Assembly (NCBI GenBank): GCA_001824435.1
Contig: MHXH01000017.1
Location: 335-64,334, forward strand
From: Parcubacteria group bacterium RIFCSPLOWO2_01_FULL_48_18
GTDB taxonomy: Bacteria > Patescibacteriota > Minisyncoccia > UBA6257 > WO2-01-48-18
DNA length: 64,000 bases
Direction: 5' to 3'
Shown: positions 19,025 to 29,042 of the stretch, piece after piece
How the letters are laid out: each line of letters starts with the position of its first letter
Numbering within the stretch: the stretch's first letter is position 1
Translations under genes and position numbers: made by a program
Notes under the pieces: model-generated
What the model saw: only the letters and a program-made list of their open reading frames with translations
Database searches by the model: none
What the model was told of the DNA's origin: nothing

Positions 19025-19310
19025 TTGAGCTCAATTGTAGCGATAAAAATTTAGCTACAAATTTGAGCATCCTGAGCGAAGCGAAGGATTATTTATGGTT
19101 CGCTCCGCTCACTATTTTGTAACAAAACCCTTCTATCCCTCGCTACGCTCGGGTCTTCGACCCTGAGAGTCTCCCGTTCAGGGTCTGAGACCCCTCAGGT
19201 CGTTCTGACTCTGAGAGTCATTAGACTCGATGAGGTCGAACGACAGACTCGAAGAGATAAAGGTTTGGCAGCTTTGAAAATTCTTAGCCTACGACTCGAA
19301 TTTTCAGGCC
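19025..19310. repeat. REP-like palindrome cluster expanding the rpsL-rpsG spacer
   Basis: catcctgagcgaagcgaagga, ccctcgctacgctcggg and cttcgaccctgag...ctcaggtcg units of the same family as 3605 and 6389. Confidence 0.7.
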
Positions 19311-19317
19311 AAGCCCT

Positions 19318-19725
<408 letters not shown>

Positions 19726-19873
19726 TTGTGCTTTCTACTGCAGTCTTACAACTTTAATCTAAATAGTACATGAGAAACCCGGCAATCGTCAAGGAACGTG
19801 GCGATGAGCGAGATCGCCCCGGACGGCTGCCCACATTGCATCTTGCAAAAATAGTCGTATAATAAAATGCATT

Positions 19874-20581
19874 ATGGGAACCGATCCCCGGCACATTGCT
19901 ATTATCCCTGACGGCAACCGGCGGTGGGCAAAAGCCCACGGCCTTGCAATTTGGGAAGGACACAAAAGAGGCTTTAAACAATTCAAGCCGCTATTAACAG
20001 CCGCATTCGATGAGGGCGTCTACTGCGTCTCGGCCTGGATGGCATCGATGGACAACCTCACCAAGCGTTCACATGAAGAGGTCAAGTTTCTCTACAAAGC
20101 CTTTGAGAGTATGTTCAACGAACTCTATGACGCGCCTGAAATCTATTCGTACGACGTGAGAATCCAGGCGTTCGGCGAATGGGAATCTTTTCAACCATCA
20201 TCGCTCGTTGCCTCAATTCGCCGCATCATCGAAAAAACCAAAGAGCACCGGCGGCACCTTTTAAATCTCTTCGACGGCTACGACGGCATATCAGAAATGA
20301 CGCGGGCGGTGCAAACAATTGCCGACTTAAAAACAGTGGCTCCGGATTTAAAGGTTACGCCGGAACTCATAAAAGCACATCTGTACACCAGGGATTTACC
20401 GCCGGTTGATCTCGTCATCCGCACAGGCGGAGAACCCCACTGGAGCGGCGGCTTTCTGATGTGGGACATCGCTAACGCGCACTTCCATTTTTCTGAAAAA
20501 ATGTGGCCGGATTTTGATGAGAAAGACCTTCTAGCCGCACTTGAAGATTATAGAAAAAGGGAGCGGCGCCTTGGAAAATGA
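19874..20581 (+). CDS. uppS: Polyprenyl (undecaprenyl) diphosphate synthase
   Basis: HIAIIPDGNRRWA, DLVIRTGGE, WPDF and RERRLG. Confidence 0.93.
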   Translation: MGTDPRHIAIIPDGNRRWAKAHGLAIWEGHKRGFKQFKPLLTAAFDEGVYCVSAWMASMDNLTKRSHEEVKFLYKAFESMFNELYDAPEIYSYDVRIQAFGEWESFQPSSLVASIRRIIEKTKEHRRHLLNLFDGYDGISEMTRAVQTIADLKTVAPDLKVTPELIKAHLYTRDLPPVDLVIRTGGEPHWSGGFLMWDIANAHFHFSEKMWPDFDEKDLLAALEDYRKRERRLGK

Positions 20582-21543
20582 AAACAAAAATAATCAAGCC
20601 CCCCCATCTTAGAAACGGGGATACGGTTGCGGTTGTCACCGTTTCGTATCCAATTCTAAACAAGAACCTCTTTGAGCGAGGGGTTAAAACGCTTGAGCGT
20701 CTTGGCCTCCGCGTTGTCTATTACAAAGAGATATTCAAAAGCTACGGCCAGCACATGGCGGGCATGCCGCGCGACCGTATCATACAATTCCATAAGGCGA
20801 TTGCAAATAAAAAGGTCAAGGCGGTATTCAATCTCGTCGGAGGATACGCCGCGAATCAAATTCTTGATGTGCTCGATTTTTCTCTTATACGACGCAATCC
20901 GAAGATCATCTACGGCTTTTCCGACGTGACAACGATCCTAAACCCGATTTTCGAAAAGACGGGATTGATTACGTTCCACGGACCAAACATCGAAGAATGG
21001 TTTTATCGCCTTGACCGCTATAGCCGAAACTCACTTGTTACAACGCTTTTCGAGCCACGGCCGACGTATGAAATTCCGCGCTCCACGCGATGGAAGGTTT
21101 TCAAACCCGGCAGGGCACGCGGACGACTTGCCGGAGGAAACCTTACTATTGTCCGAAATCTCGTCGGTACGGATTTCAATCTCCGCTGGAAAAATCGACT
21201 ATTCTTTTGGGAAGAGATTGGAGAGGACATCGAGGGCATTGATAACATCTTGACACACCTTAAGCTCGCCGGCGCGCTCGACGACATCGCGGGCATGATC
21301 ATCGGAAAAAATATTATCGCGCCGCCCGAAAGTTACCTCCTGAAAAAACGGCGAAGAGCGCTTACATTTTACGAGGTAGTAACCAACGTCCTGCGCGGCT
21401 ACACCTTTCCGGTCGTAAGCGATGTTGACTTCGGGCACTTACTGCCTCAAGCAACAATTCCTATCGGTGCAAGGGCAGAGCTAAACGCTTCCTCCGGCAG
21501 CGGGAGGATAAGAATAAAAATTCTCGAAAGCGTCGTAAGTTGA
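20578..21543 (+). CDS. LD-carboxypeptidase, S66 (LdcA/MccF) family
   Basis: GGY, GFSDVT (catalytic Ser), GGNL, EE and DFGH. Confidence 0.92.
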   Translation: MKTKIIKPPHLRNGDTVAVVTVSYPILNKNLFERGVKTLERLGLRVVYYKEIFKSYGQHMAGMPRDRIIQFHKAIANKKVKAVFNLVGGYAANQILDVLDFSLIRRNPKIIYGFSDVTTILNPIFEKTGLITFHGPNIEEWFYRLDRYSRNSLVTTLFEPRPTYEIPRSTRWKVFKPGRARGRLAGGNLTIVRNLVGTDFNLRWKNRLFFWEEIGEDIEGIDNILTHLKLAGALDDIAGMIIGKNIIAPPESYLLKKRRRALTFYEVVTNVLRGYTFPVVSDVDFGHLLPQATIPIGARAELNASSGSGRIRIKILESVVS

Positions 21544-21549
21544 TACCTG

Positions 21550-21586
21550 AAAAAAGAAAAAATTCCCCCGCTGGGAATTTTTTCTC
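21550..21586. terminator. Bidirectional intrinsic terminator
   Basis: gaaaaaattccc-ccgct-gggaattttttc. Confidence 0.75.
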
Positions 21587-21589
21587 AAA

Positions 21590-21716
21590 AGCCCGAATTA
21601 GATTACCCGGGTAGAAACCCTAAGTGGACGGCCTCAGCGGATCCGACACGTCGGATCACTTTAAGCGATTCGGCCTGTCCTTAATAAACAACTTGATCCG
21701 GAATCTAAACGAGCTC
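21590..21716 (-). ncRNA. 6S RNA-like rod-shaped ncRNA
   Basis: Closing stem agctcgtttagattccgg / ccgggtaatctaattcgggct, A/U-rich central bubble, internal stem ggac-ggcc...gatccgac/gtcggatc...ggcc-gtcc. Promoter TTGATT-18-TATACT at 21753-21724 and a terminator immediately downstream. Confidence 0.65.
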
Positions 21717-21818
21717 TATTGATAGTATACCCGCTGTTGCAATGAAGAATCAATGAATAGTTGTGGAGAAAGATCTACACATTATTGATCAAAAACTCAA
21801 GGGGCCCCACAAAAACCC

Positions 21819-22409
21819 TTAAAACATGATATCTTCCTCGGCTCGCTTATAATTGTGAATTTCTTCGGGGCCAAACCAAAATTCCAGTTCGTGTTCCGCC
21901 TCTTCTAGGGTTTCTGAAGCATGAATGAGATTGTGTATCGCCCGGCGGCCCTTGTTTGCAAGCGCCGCAGAGTCAACCGAAAAATCCCCTCGAATGGTCC
22001 CCATTTCTGCAAATGCCGGAACAGTATTGCCGGACAACTTACGCACCATATCAACGGCGTGTATTCCTTCAACCACCATTTTAACGATCGGTCCGGATAT
22101 CATATAATCCAAAATCCAGCTGCGAACCGATTTGCCGATCTCCGCCGGATCATCGGTGCCCATTTCTGTTACGGGATCCCAGCCGTATTTCTGATAGGTT
22201 GCCAAGGATTTTTCGCCAAGCCGACGGATCCATCTCTCGTCTTTCGGATAGTGTTCGTCGATCTGCTCACGAGTAATCGTGATCATCTCAAGCGCAATAA
22301 TCTTAAGGCCGCGCCGCTCAATGCGGCTCATGATCTCGCCGACAAGGCCTCGCTTCACGCCGTCGGGTTTAACCAATACTACTGTTTTTTCTTCTTTTGG
22401 GTGCCTCAT
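21819..22409 (-). CDS. ndk: Nucleoside diphosphate kinase
   Basis: VKPDGVKRGL, GTIRGDF and NLIHAS (catalytic His). Confidence 0.95.
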   Translation of the reverse strand: MRHPKEEKTVVLVKPDGVKRGLVGEIMSRIERRGLKIIALEMITITREQIDEHYPKDERWIRRLGEKSLATYQKYGWDPVTEMGTDDPAEIGKSVRSWILDYMISGPIVKMVVEGIHAVDMVRKLSGNTVPAFAEMGTIRGDFSVDSAALANKGRRAIHNLIHASETLEEAEHELEFWFGPEEIHNYKRAEEDIMF

Positions 22410-22455
22410 GGTGTCTATACAAAATAGCCGATGCGAAAGGCGCAAAAAGCTATAT

Positions 22456-23898
22456 TTAATTTTTCTTTGATTGCTTTAAGCCCGGCTTCTTGCTCTGCTT
22501 CAGTTGAACCCCTAACTCATTCAGCTGTTTTTTGTCTACTGCTGCCGGTGCGGCCATCAACAAATCCCTGCCGTCGCCGGTCTTCGGGAATGCAATCACT
22601 TCTCTTATATTAGGTTCATTCTGAAGAATCATCAAGATTCGGTCAATGCCCGGCGCAATGCCGCCGTGCGGCGGGACGCCGTATGAAAACGCTTCGAGTA
22701 GATGGCCGAATTTTTCTTCGACGCCCCCTTGGGTATGTCCCATCACTTTAAAAACATCGGCAAGGAGGTCCGGTTCGTGCGTTCGAATGCTTCCTCCTCC
22801 GACTTCATAGCCATTGCATACAAAATCGTACTGATGCGCGAGGACATTTCTTGTATCGTCGCGAAGGCGCGCTCGTAACTCGTCTACGCTTTCTTCTCCA
22901 AGCTGCTGTGGCCGCGTAAAGGGATGATGCGTCGCATCCCACCGCCGCTCTTTTTCTTTCCACTCAAACATCGGAAAATCGACTACGAACGCGAACGCAA
23001 GCTCATCAGGATTATTCTTGTCGCGACGCAAATCCGGCTTGTCGGTGCCGTATTTCTCTATTACCTCCCGATACGACAGCCGCACGAAAGGCTTAAAGGT
23101 AAAATGTTTCTGGGGATATACTGTTTCCACCAACGAAGTGAACAGTTCTTCCACAAGTTGCAATATCTCTTCTTGGCTGACAAAGCTCATCTCTACGTCA
23201 AGCTGGGTAAATTCCGGCTGTCGATCTCCACGCGTGTCCTCATCGCGGAAACATCGCGCAATCTGAAAATACCTCTCAATGCCGGCAACCATGAGGAGCT
23301 GTTTATATTGCTGGGGCGATTGCGGAAGAGCGTAGAATGTTCCCGGATGCAGGCGCGCAGGAACCAGGTAATCGCGCGCGCCCTCCGGGGTAGACTTGCC
23401 CAAAATGGGAGTTTCAATTTCTATAAAACGGCGCTGCGACAAAAAATTCCGTATAAACTGGATTGCCCGATGCCGCATTATAAGGTTCTGCTTCATTCGC
23501 TCGCGCCGCAAATCTATATACCGATATTTCATGCGAAGATCTTCGCCAATTTCGGTTCCGTTTGTATCAACTGCGATCGGCGGCGTTTTCGCCTCTGCCA
23601 AAATTTGAAGTTCGTCCGCAGGAATTTCAAAATCGCCGCTCACGATATTCGGATTCTCCATTCCCTTCGGCCTGCGCTGGACAATTCCCGATATTCGTAT
23701 CACCCACTCGCCCCGCAGCCTGCTTGCGGACTCATAAACTTCTTTATTCTTGGGAAAAAACACGATCTGGGCCACGCCCGTCCTATCACGCAAATCAATA
23801 AAAATAAGCTTGCCGTGGTCACGGCGACTGCCAACCCAGCCGAACAGCTCCACTTTCTTCCCTTCGTTTTTAGAAATTTCGTCTATCCAGGTACGCAT
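22456..23898 (-). CDS. aspS: Aspartate--tRNA ligase (short form without the GAD insertion)
   Basis: RRDHGKLIFIDLRD, STPEGARDY, LPQSPQ, FRDED..DRQPEFTQ and PPHGGIAPGIDR. Confidence 0.97.
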   Translation of the reverse strand: MRTWIDEISKNEGKKVELFGWVGSRRDHGKLIFIDLRDRTGVAQIVFFPKNKEVYESASRLRGEWVIRISGIVQRRPKGMENPNIVSGDFEIPADELQILAEAKTPPIAVDTNGTEIGEDLRMKYRYIDLRRERMKQNLIMRHRAIQFIRNFLSQRRFIEIETPILGKSTPEGARDYLVPARLHPGTFYALPQSPQQYKQLLMVAGIERYFQIARCFRDEDTRGDRQPEFTQLDVEMSFVSQEEILQLVEELFTSLVETVYPQKHFTFKPFVRLSYREVIEKYGTDKPDLRRDKNNPDELAFAFVVDFPMFEWKEKERRWDATHHPFTRPQQLGEESVDELRARLRDDTRNVLAHQYDFVCNGYEVGGGSIRTHEPDLLADVFKVMGHTQGGVEEKFGHLLEAFSYGVPPHGGIAPGIDRILMILQNEPNIREVIAFPKTGDGRDLLMAAPAAVDKKQLNELGVQLKQSKKPGLKQSKKN

Positions 23899-23960
23899 AG
23901 AACTAGAATCTGGAATCTGGAAGTGATTATTTATGCTTATGATACCCAAAATTAAGGGTC

Positions 23961-23988
23961 TTGACAAATTCTGTGGGTCTGCTATAAT
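23961..23988 (+). promoter_or_regulatory. Consensus sigma70 promoter
   Basis: TTGACA-16 nt-TATAAT pointing into a region with no credible ORF. Confidence 0.8.
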
Positions 23989-23994
23989 TATGGT

Positions 23995-24885
23995 GTTAAT
24001 CAGCTCCTCGCAAACAAAACAGGGTTTTTGGCATGAATGTCTGGTAGGCTGGCCAAATGGAGAATCGATGCATTTTTATATAGTTATACACTAAGCATCG
24101 ACAATCCATTTCCCCTCACTTGGCCAGCCCATCAGGCATTCGTGCCTACAAGAAGGGGGCTATTATCCGATAGTGGTTCGCTTCGGCGAGCTTCAAAACC
24201 TTGTCCGAGTGCCCCCAATATTTCCCTGCGAAGCAGAGAATGCATTAGCTGATCCGGCGTTCCCCAGTTGACGCCAGCCGGTTTCAGATCCTCAAGGGCA
24301 TGAGGACTCTGCTTCTGCAGGGACCAGTACGTGGGCGGTAAGGCGCATCGGCGTAGCACAGATGTCCGAGACGCCAAAGACCAACGCGAGCCCGGCGACA
24401 GGACCAAATGGGAATCGCGTTGGTTCCGCCCAGTAGGTCATCGGATCCTCAAGGCATGGGGACCCGCAGAACCACAGCATGGGTGAGGGTCCAAGCCTGT
24501 AAAGTCCCTGCCCGCTGAACACCCGGGAAATTCCCGCGTCATCCAGCGCGCGTGTGGATTCCCTCACCCACCAGACCAGGGGCTCTTCGGCAACAATCCC
24601 GCCGGTGCGGCGGAAAACCAATGCAGCGGAATCGCTGCAGCTGTTGAGCCTCCATCGCAGCAACCACGTGGCAGCGCCGCCCGACCCTGTTCGCACACAG
24701 GGTGCGCAAGCGGATGGCTCAACGGCTAAGGACAATCTCCTTGCTGCCACGACGAAACAGGACCCGCGTGCTGTCAAGACTGAGCACACACACACGAGAA
24801 AGCTTGATCTCTCGGCTCGTACGTCGAGCACACGGGTCCTCCTCCAAGGGCGCGATGCCACACCAGCTCGCGCCCTTTTCACTTT
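23995..24885 (+). ncRNA. Candidate large structured non-coding RNA (~880 nt, multi-domain, two pseudoknots)
   Basis: Bounded by promoter and terminator, no credible ORF, at least 15 complementary segment pairs (see findings). Confidence 0.7.
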
Positions 24886-24887
24886 TT
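24846..24887 (+). terminator. Intrinsic terminator ending the candidate large ncRNA
   Basis: aagggcgcga...tcgcgccctt followed by ttcacttttt. Confidence 0.8.
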
Positions 24888-24905
24888 AATGGGGCAATGC
24901 AACTT

Positions 24906-25784
24906 TTATTTGATTCCTTCCTTCTTTGCAAAAATATTAATCGCGCCGGCAGAAACCTCCACCTTGATAGTCCCCTGCGTATCGGTTCTGAAAACCCTAG
25001 ATCCGACTGCCGCAAGGCGCGACAAAGTTTCTTTTGTCGGATGCCCGTAACGGTTTTTTCCGGATTCAATCACCGAAACTTTCGGCTGCACTAATTTCAA
25101 CAGCTGCATCGAAGACGAATACTTTGATCCGTGATGCGGAACTTTCAGCACCTGTGCGCGCAGACCTTTCCCGCGCAGGAGTTTTTCGACTTTCGATGTA
25201 ATATCGCCGGTGAATAATGCGGAAAGCGCGGGTGTTTTTAGGCCGATAACCAACGATCTATCGTTAGGGTTTTTGGCGACAAATTCCGCGGGTGGCCACC
25301 ACACGGTCATTCGAGAATCGCCGTTGGTGATCATATCTTTCGCATCCACAACTACCGTGGGGATGTTTTTTTCTTTTATCGTACGCATCAATTCGCCGTA
25401 CGCGCCGATCTTACTTGCGTCGCCATTATAGAGAAACACGCCAACCTGGTACCGATTCATCACCTCGACAAGGCCGTCAAGATGATCCGCCTGCGGATGC
25501 GTAAGCATCACCACATCAATATATCTGTCCGTCGGCTTCATGACTTCTGCCAGCCGTTCCAACACGCGGCTATTAGGCCCGCCGTCAACAAGTATCTGAA
25601 CTCCGCCTTCAAGATTGATAAATGAACTGTCGCCTTGCCCAATGTCAAGAAAATAGATTGCAAGCGCATCGTGCGCACTGCCGGAGATAACCGTATGCCA
25701 GACAAATATATCGAGCGCGATCAACAAAAAGAAAATAAGAATGAGTAAATTATTGTATTGCTTGCCTTCTTTGAATGAAAACAT
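24906..25784 (-). CDS. ComEC/Rec2 metallo-beta-lactamase domain protein
   Basis: FLDIGQGDS, THPQADHLDG, LKVPHHGS and NRYGHP. Confidence 0.92.
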   Translation of the reverse strand: MFSFKEGKQYNNLLILIFFLLIALDIFVWHTVISGSAHDALAIYFLDIGQGDSSFINLEGGVQILVDGGPNSRVLERLAEVMKPTDRYIDVVMLTHPQADHLDGLVEVMNRYQVGVFLYNGDASKIGAYGELMRTIKEKNIPTVVVDAKDMITNGDSRMTVWWPPAEFVAKNPNDRSLVIGLKTPALSALFTGDITSKVEKLLRGKGLRAQVLKVPHHGSKYSSSMQLLKLVQPKVSVIESGKNRYGHPTKETLSRLAAVGSRVFRTDTQGTIKVEVSAGAINIFAKKEGIK

Positions 25785-25821
25785 GGAACGGGCCTAGAAT
25801 CTAGAATCTAAATTCCAGATT

Positions 25822-27306
25822 CTAGATTTTGGCATCCCGCGGATAGTATTTTTTTATAAAAACCGCTGCCAGGATATAATAGACGGCAACAAAAAACGGG
25901 CTGAGATGTTCTACGACAAGAGGCAGGCTCACTGTTCCGCTGGCATTGATTAACCATGTTTCATAGGCAAGCGGCAGATACGCGACCCAGCCGAATACGG
26001 TCGAGAGCGTGGTCGAAACATATCCGGCCAGGCCCGTAACAAACCCCAAAAACATGGTAAGCGGAATCAATTCAAGAATAAGAATGTTGGTAAAAAACGA
26101 GATGGGCGAAAAACTGCCGAAATTGCCAAAGACAACAGGGATTACCATCAGTTGCGCGCTCAATGTCGTAAGTCCATGTTCGCGCCACGAAAGAAGCGTC
26201 GGCGCATTCGGTATATGAAATCGCTCTTGTATCGCGGGCATAAGATACACAATGCCGAGGAGCGCCAAAAACGAAAGCTGAAAACCGGCGTCATACCGCA
26301 GTACCTGCGGATTTACGAGAACCATCGCAAATGCCGCGACCATAATCGCATTTCTGATGCTGTGGATCTTGCCAATATAACCCGCCAGAAGAAGGATGCT
26401 CCCCATGATTGCCGCGCGCACCACCGAGGCTTGCGCGCCGGTCATCACCACAAAGGCGATGATGACCGCAACCGAAATCCAGAATGACGGTTTTTTCCCC
26501 AGTCCTATAATAAGCAAAAAATTTGCGATCGACCAGGCAATAATTGAAATATTGTAGCCGGATAATGCGACTAAGTGCGTGGTTCCGGAAAGCTTCATGT
26601 TCTCCTTAAACTTGGCTGAAAATTCAGCCCGTTCACCAAGCAGCAAGCCGTTCATAAACGCCGCCTCGTGCACGGGAAGAGCGCGGCCGATTTTTTCCTC
26701 AAAACTGTTTTTTATCCGATACAGCGCCGCTTTGATCGGAGACTGCGTACTCCGCGCCAGAAGTTTTGCATCAGGATAATACACAATCCCGTAAATCCGG
26801 TCTTTCCCAAGATAATCGGCATAAGCTCTCGGCTCCGGTTTTTGGATGACTCCCTTCAGTTCAACCACATCTCCGTATGCATATGCCGGATACTTTACCG
26901 TGCGCATCAACACTCTTCCTCCGTAAGGCTTCTTGTGTAACTCCAGTATGGCTGTCTGCGTATCCGGGCCTTGCGTCGGATCGGCGATGACTATCGCGGT
27001 AACCGATAAGATACGACCCATGGGCGCCGAAAAGGAATTGCGAGAAACGGATGCGTATCCGGAGGCGTACGCCGCTCCTAATATCGAGGCACAAAGAAGA
27101 ATCGAGAAAAAAAGAAATTTCATGCGGGGCGACTCTCCAATCGATGAAAATGTCGCTGGCAAACCGATATATGGCAGAGAGAATAATACGACAGCGGCCA
27201 AAAGCGCCGCCAGTGCCGCAATCCAAAAATTACCGGCGTATGCAAATAACCCGACTCCTATCAAAAACGAAAGCATCGCATAAAACGCGGTGTCAGATAC
27301 GTGCAT
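25822..27306 (-). CDS. comEC: ComEC/Rec2 competence channel (OB plus Competence domain)
   Basis: GTTHLVALSGYNI, SVVRAAIM and GFQLSF. Confidence 0.93.
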   Translation of the reverse strand: MHVSDTAFYAMLSFLIGVGLFAYAGNFWIAALAALLAAVVLFSLPYIGLPATFSSIGESPRMKFLFFSILLCASILGAAYASGYASVSRNSFSAPMGRILSVTAIVIADPTQGPDTQTAILELHKKPYGGRVLMRTVKYPAYAYGDVVELKGVIQKPEPRAYADYLGKDRIYGIVYYPDAKLLARSTQSPIKAALYRIKNSFEEKIGRALPVHEAAFMNGLLLGERAEFSAKFKENMKLSGTTHLVALSGYNISIIAWSIANFLLIIGLGKKPSFWISVAVIIAFVVMTGAQASVVRAAIMGSILLLAGYIGKIHSIRNAIMVAAFAMVLVNPQVLRYDAGFQLSFLALLGIVYLMPAIQERFHIPNAPTLLSWREHGLTTLSAQLMVIPVVFGNFGSFSPISFFTNILILELIPLTMFLGFVTGLAGYVSTTLSTVFGWVAYLPLAYETWLINASGTVSLPLVVEHLSPFFVAVYYILAAVFIKKYYPRDAKI

Positions 27307-27454
27307 ATGCCGCTAGCATACTATAGGCACAGTATCGGTGCAACACCAATCACATACGGACGTCCATGCAAGCTTCCCAGCAATTGACCTTACGCACTTC
27401 CTTTAATATAGTAGCAGTAGTTCATGCACAAGAAACTAAGGGATCTGCCTCCAA

Positions 27455-28038
27455 ATGATTTACGACAAGGATAGGGCGGAGAATGTCGGCGGATACCTCG
27501 CGTGGGATAACTTCTACGATGTGCCGTTCATTCTCGAATATGCGCGCAGGGTCGGCTCTCCGGTGCTCGAGCTCGCCTGCGGCGCCGGACGCGCGTCATG
27601 CGAGCGCTCGCAGAGTACGGGATCGACGCATACGGCATCGAGGCATCGCGCCCGATGATTACCATCGGTCTTACGGCGCGGGCAAAACTCCCGCCGGAAA
27701 TTCGCCGGAACATACATTTCTGCATCGGCGACATGCGCTCGTTTTCATTCGAGATACAATTCCCGCTCATCATCATCCCGTTCCATAGTTTTTGGAGCAA
27801 CATGAACAGGGCCGAAGCAGAACAGTGCGTCCGCTGCATCCTGGATGTACTTACTCCTGCCGGAGTTTTTCTTGTCGATACGCCAACGTTGAATGATGAA
27901 TTTTTGCTTGGAAGCAAATATGACTGGTGGGTGGAAACCGCCGAGAAATTCAAGTTTTCATTCCGCATGGAACGATACACAAAGCCGGATGGTGCGCGTC
28001 TGGGAGAAATTCTGGTAAGTCAAAAGAATAGCCCTTGA
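27455..28038 (+). pseudogene. Class I SAM-dependent methyltransferase split by a frameshift
   Basis: VLELACGAGR in 27455.. continues as MRALAEYGIDAYGIEAS...GDMR in 27598..; an extra dinucleotide in cgcgcg near 27590 explains the shift. Confidence 0.8.
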
Positions 28039-28065
28039 TCGGGCTATTTTAAATTTAAATGGAAA

Positions 28066-28200
28066 CCCTTCGACTCGCTTCGCTCACTCAGACCTTCGGC
28101 TCTGAGGCTCAGGCTCGAAGAGGTATTGTTTCGTAACCGCATTCATCCCTCGGGACTGAGGACCTCGGGACGAACGTCCTCGCCGCAGAGCGGCAAGGTA
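28066..28200. repeat. REP-like repeat cluster, including the unexpanded backbone of the dnaX insertion
   Basis: cccttcgactcgcttcgctcactcag, cttcggctctgaggctcaggctcgaagag and ttcatccctcgggactgaggacctcgggacgaacgtcc. Confidence 0.75.
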
Positions 28201-28260
28201 TTCTGCGGACGAAACAATAAAAAAGCCGCCTCGGTTTTCGATGCGGCATGTATTATTATG

Positions 28261-28953
28261 TTACTTATAATCGTGGCTGATCTCTCCTTCGTGATGTTCC
28301 ATGATCCACTCAGGGAGTTCATCAACCGACCTTAAAATATTTTCAAGTTTCAACTCTTTTGGCGCCTGTTTCAGTAAAAATGGGCCGGTTTGAACCATTA
28401 CGGTCTCGATAGCCGCAGCTTGCCCCGCATTAAAATCAACGATGGTATCCCCAACGAATATGCAAGTGTTTCTTGTGACGCCAAACCGCTCTCCAAGAGC
28501 CTCAAGAATGAACCGAAATGCTCTCGGATCAGGCTTTCGATATTCCACATCCTGTTTTGCTGAAATAACTTCGAATTCGCGGTGAAGGTCAAGCCGCTCA
28601 AAAATATCGTTGATGTTCTGCCGATTCCTCGTCGTAAGGAGCGCGTTTACAAAGCCGTTCTTACGACACCAGAAAAGCGCTTCTTTCGCTCCGGGCACAA
28701 GCGGCATCGGGTCCCGAAGATCGAGCTTCTCCCAATCGGAATACAACTTCTTCGCAAGAATCTCGGTGATATCAAGCGCTCTTTGCAAAAGCTCTGCTCC
28801 GGGAATACCCCATAATTCCGTAAGCTTTCTGCGCGCCTCACGCGTATAGCGAACCTCGTTTACGGCACAAAGCCATTTAATACGACGGAGTCCCTCGCGG
28901 AACGAATCATTCACGGGGCCGTCGAAATCATAGATAATCGCTTTGATTATCAC
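28261..28953 (-). CDS. HAD-family hydrolase (phosphoglycolate phosphatase-like)
   Basis: YDFDG, KPDP and VGDT...D motifs. Confidence 0.9.
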   Translation of the reverse strand: MIIKAIIYDFDGPVNDSFREGLRRIKWLCAVNEVRYTREARRKLTELWGIPGAELLQRALDITEILAKKLYSDWEKLDLRDPMPLVPGAKEALFWCRKNGFVNALLTTRNRQNINDIFERLDLHREFEVISAKQDVEYRKPDPRAFRFILEALGERFGVTRNTCIFVGDTIVDFNAGQAAAIETVMVQTGPFLLKQAPKELKLENILRSVDELPEWIMEHHEGEISHDYK

Positions 28954-29042
28954 TCGCGGCTCCCTATGGAATTAAAAGAGCGGTGGACAATCTACCGCCA
29001 TGATATGCAATGCGCTTCCGAATGTCAAGCCGCGCCGCTTTT

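Noticed and set aside
22456-23898. aspS as a truncated pseudogene
   Set aside because: All class II motifs are in one frame; only the GAD insertion domain is missing.
23995-24885. RNase P RNA, tmRNA, SRP RNA or a group II intron
   Set aside because: No GAGGAAAGUCC P4, no tRNA-like ends or tag peptide, no SRP helix 8 motif, and no GUGYG 5' end or domain V seen.
24037-25094. Protein-coding calls for the ORFs overlapping the candidate large RNA
   Set aside because: They overlap on both strands, have atypical composition and no motifs or clear RBS; dense base-pairing explains the sequence better.
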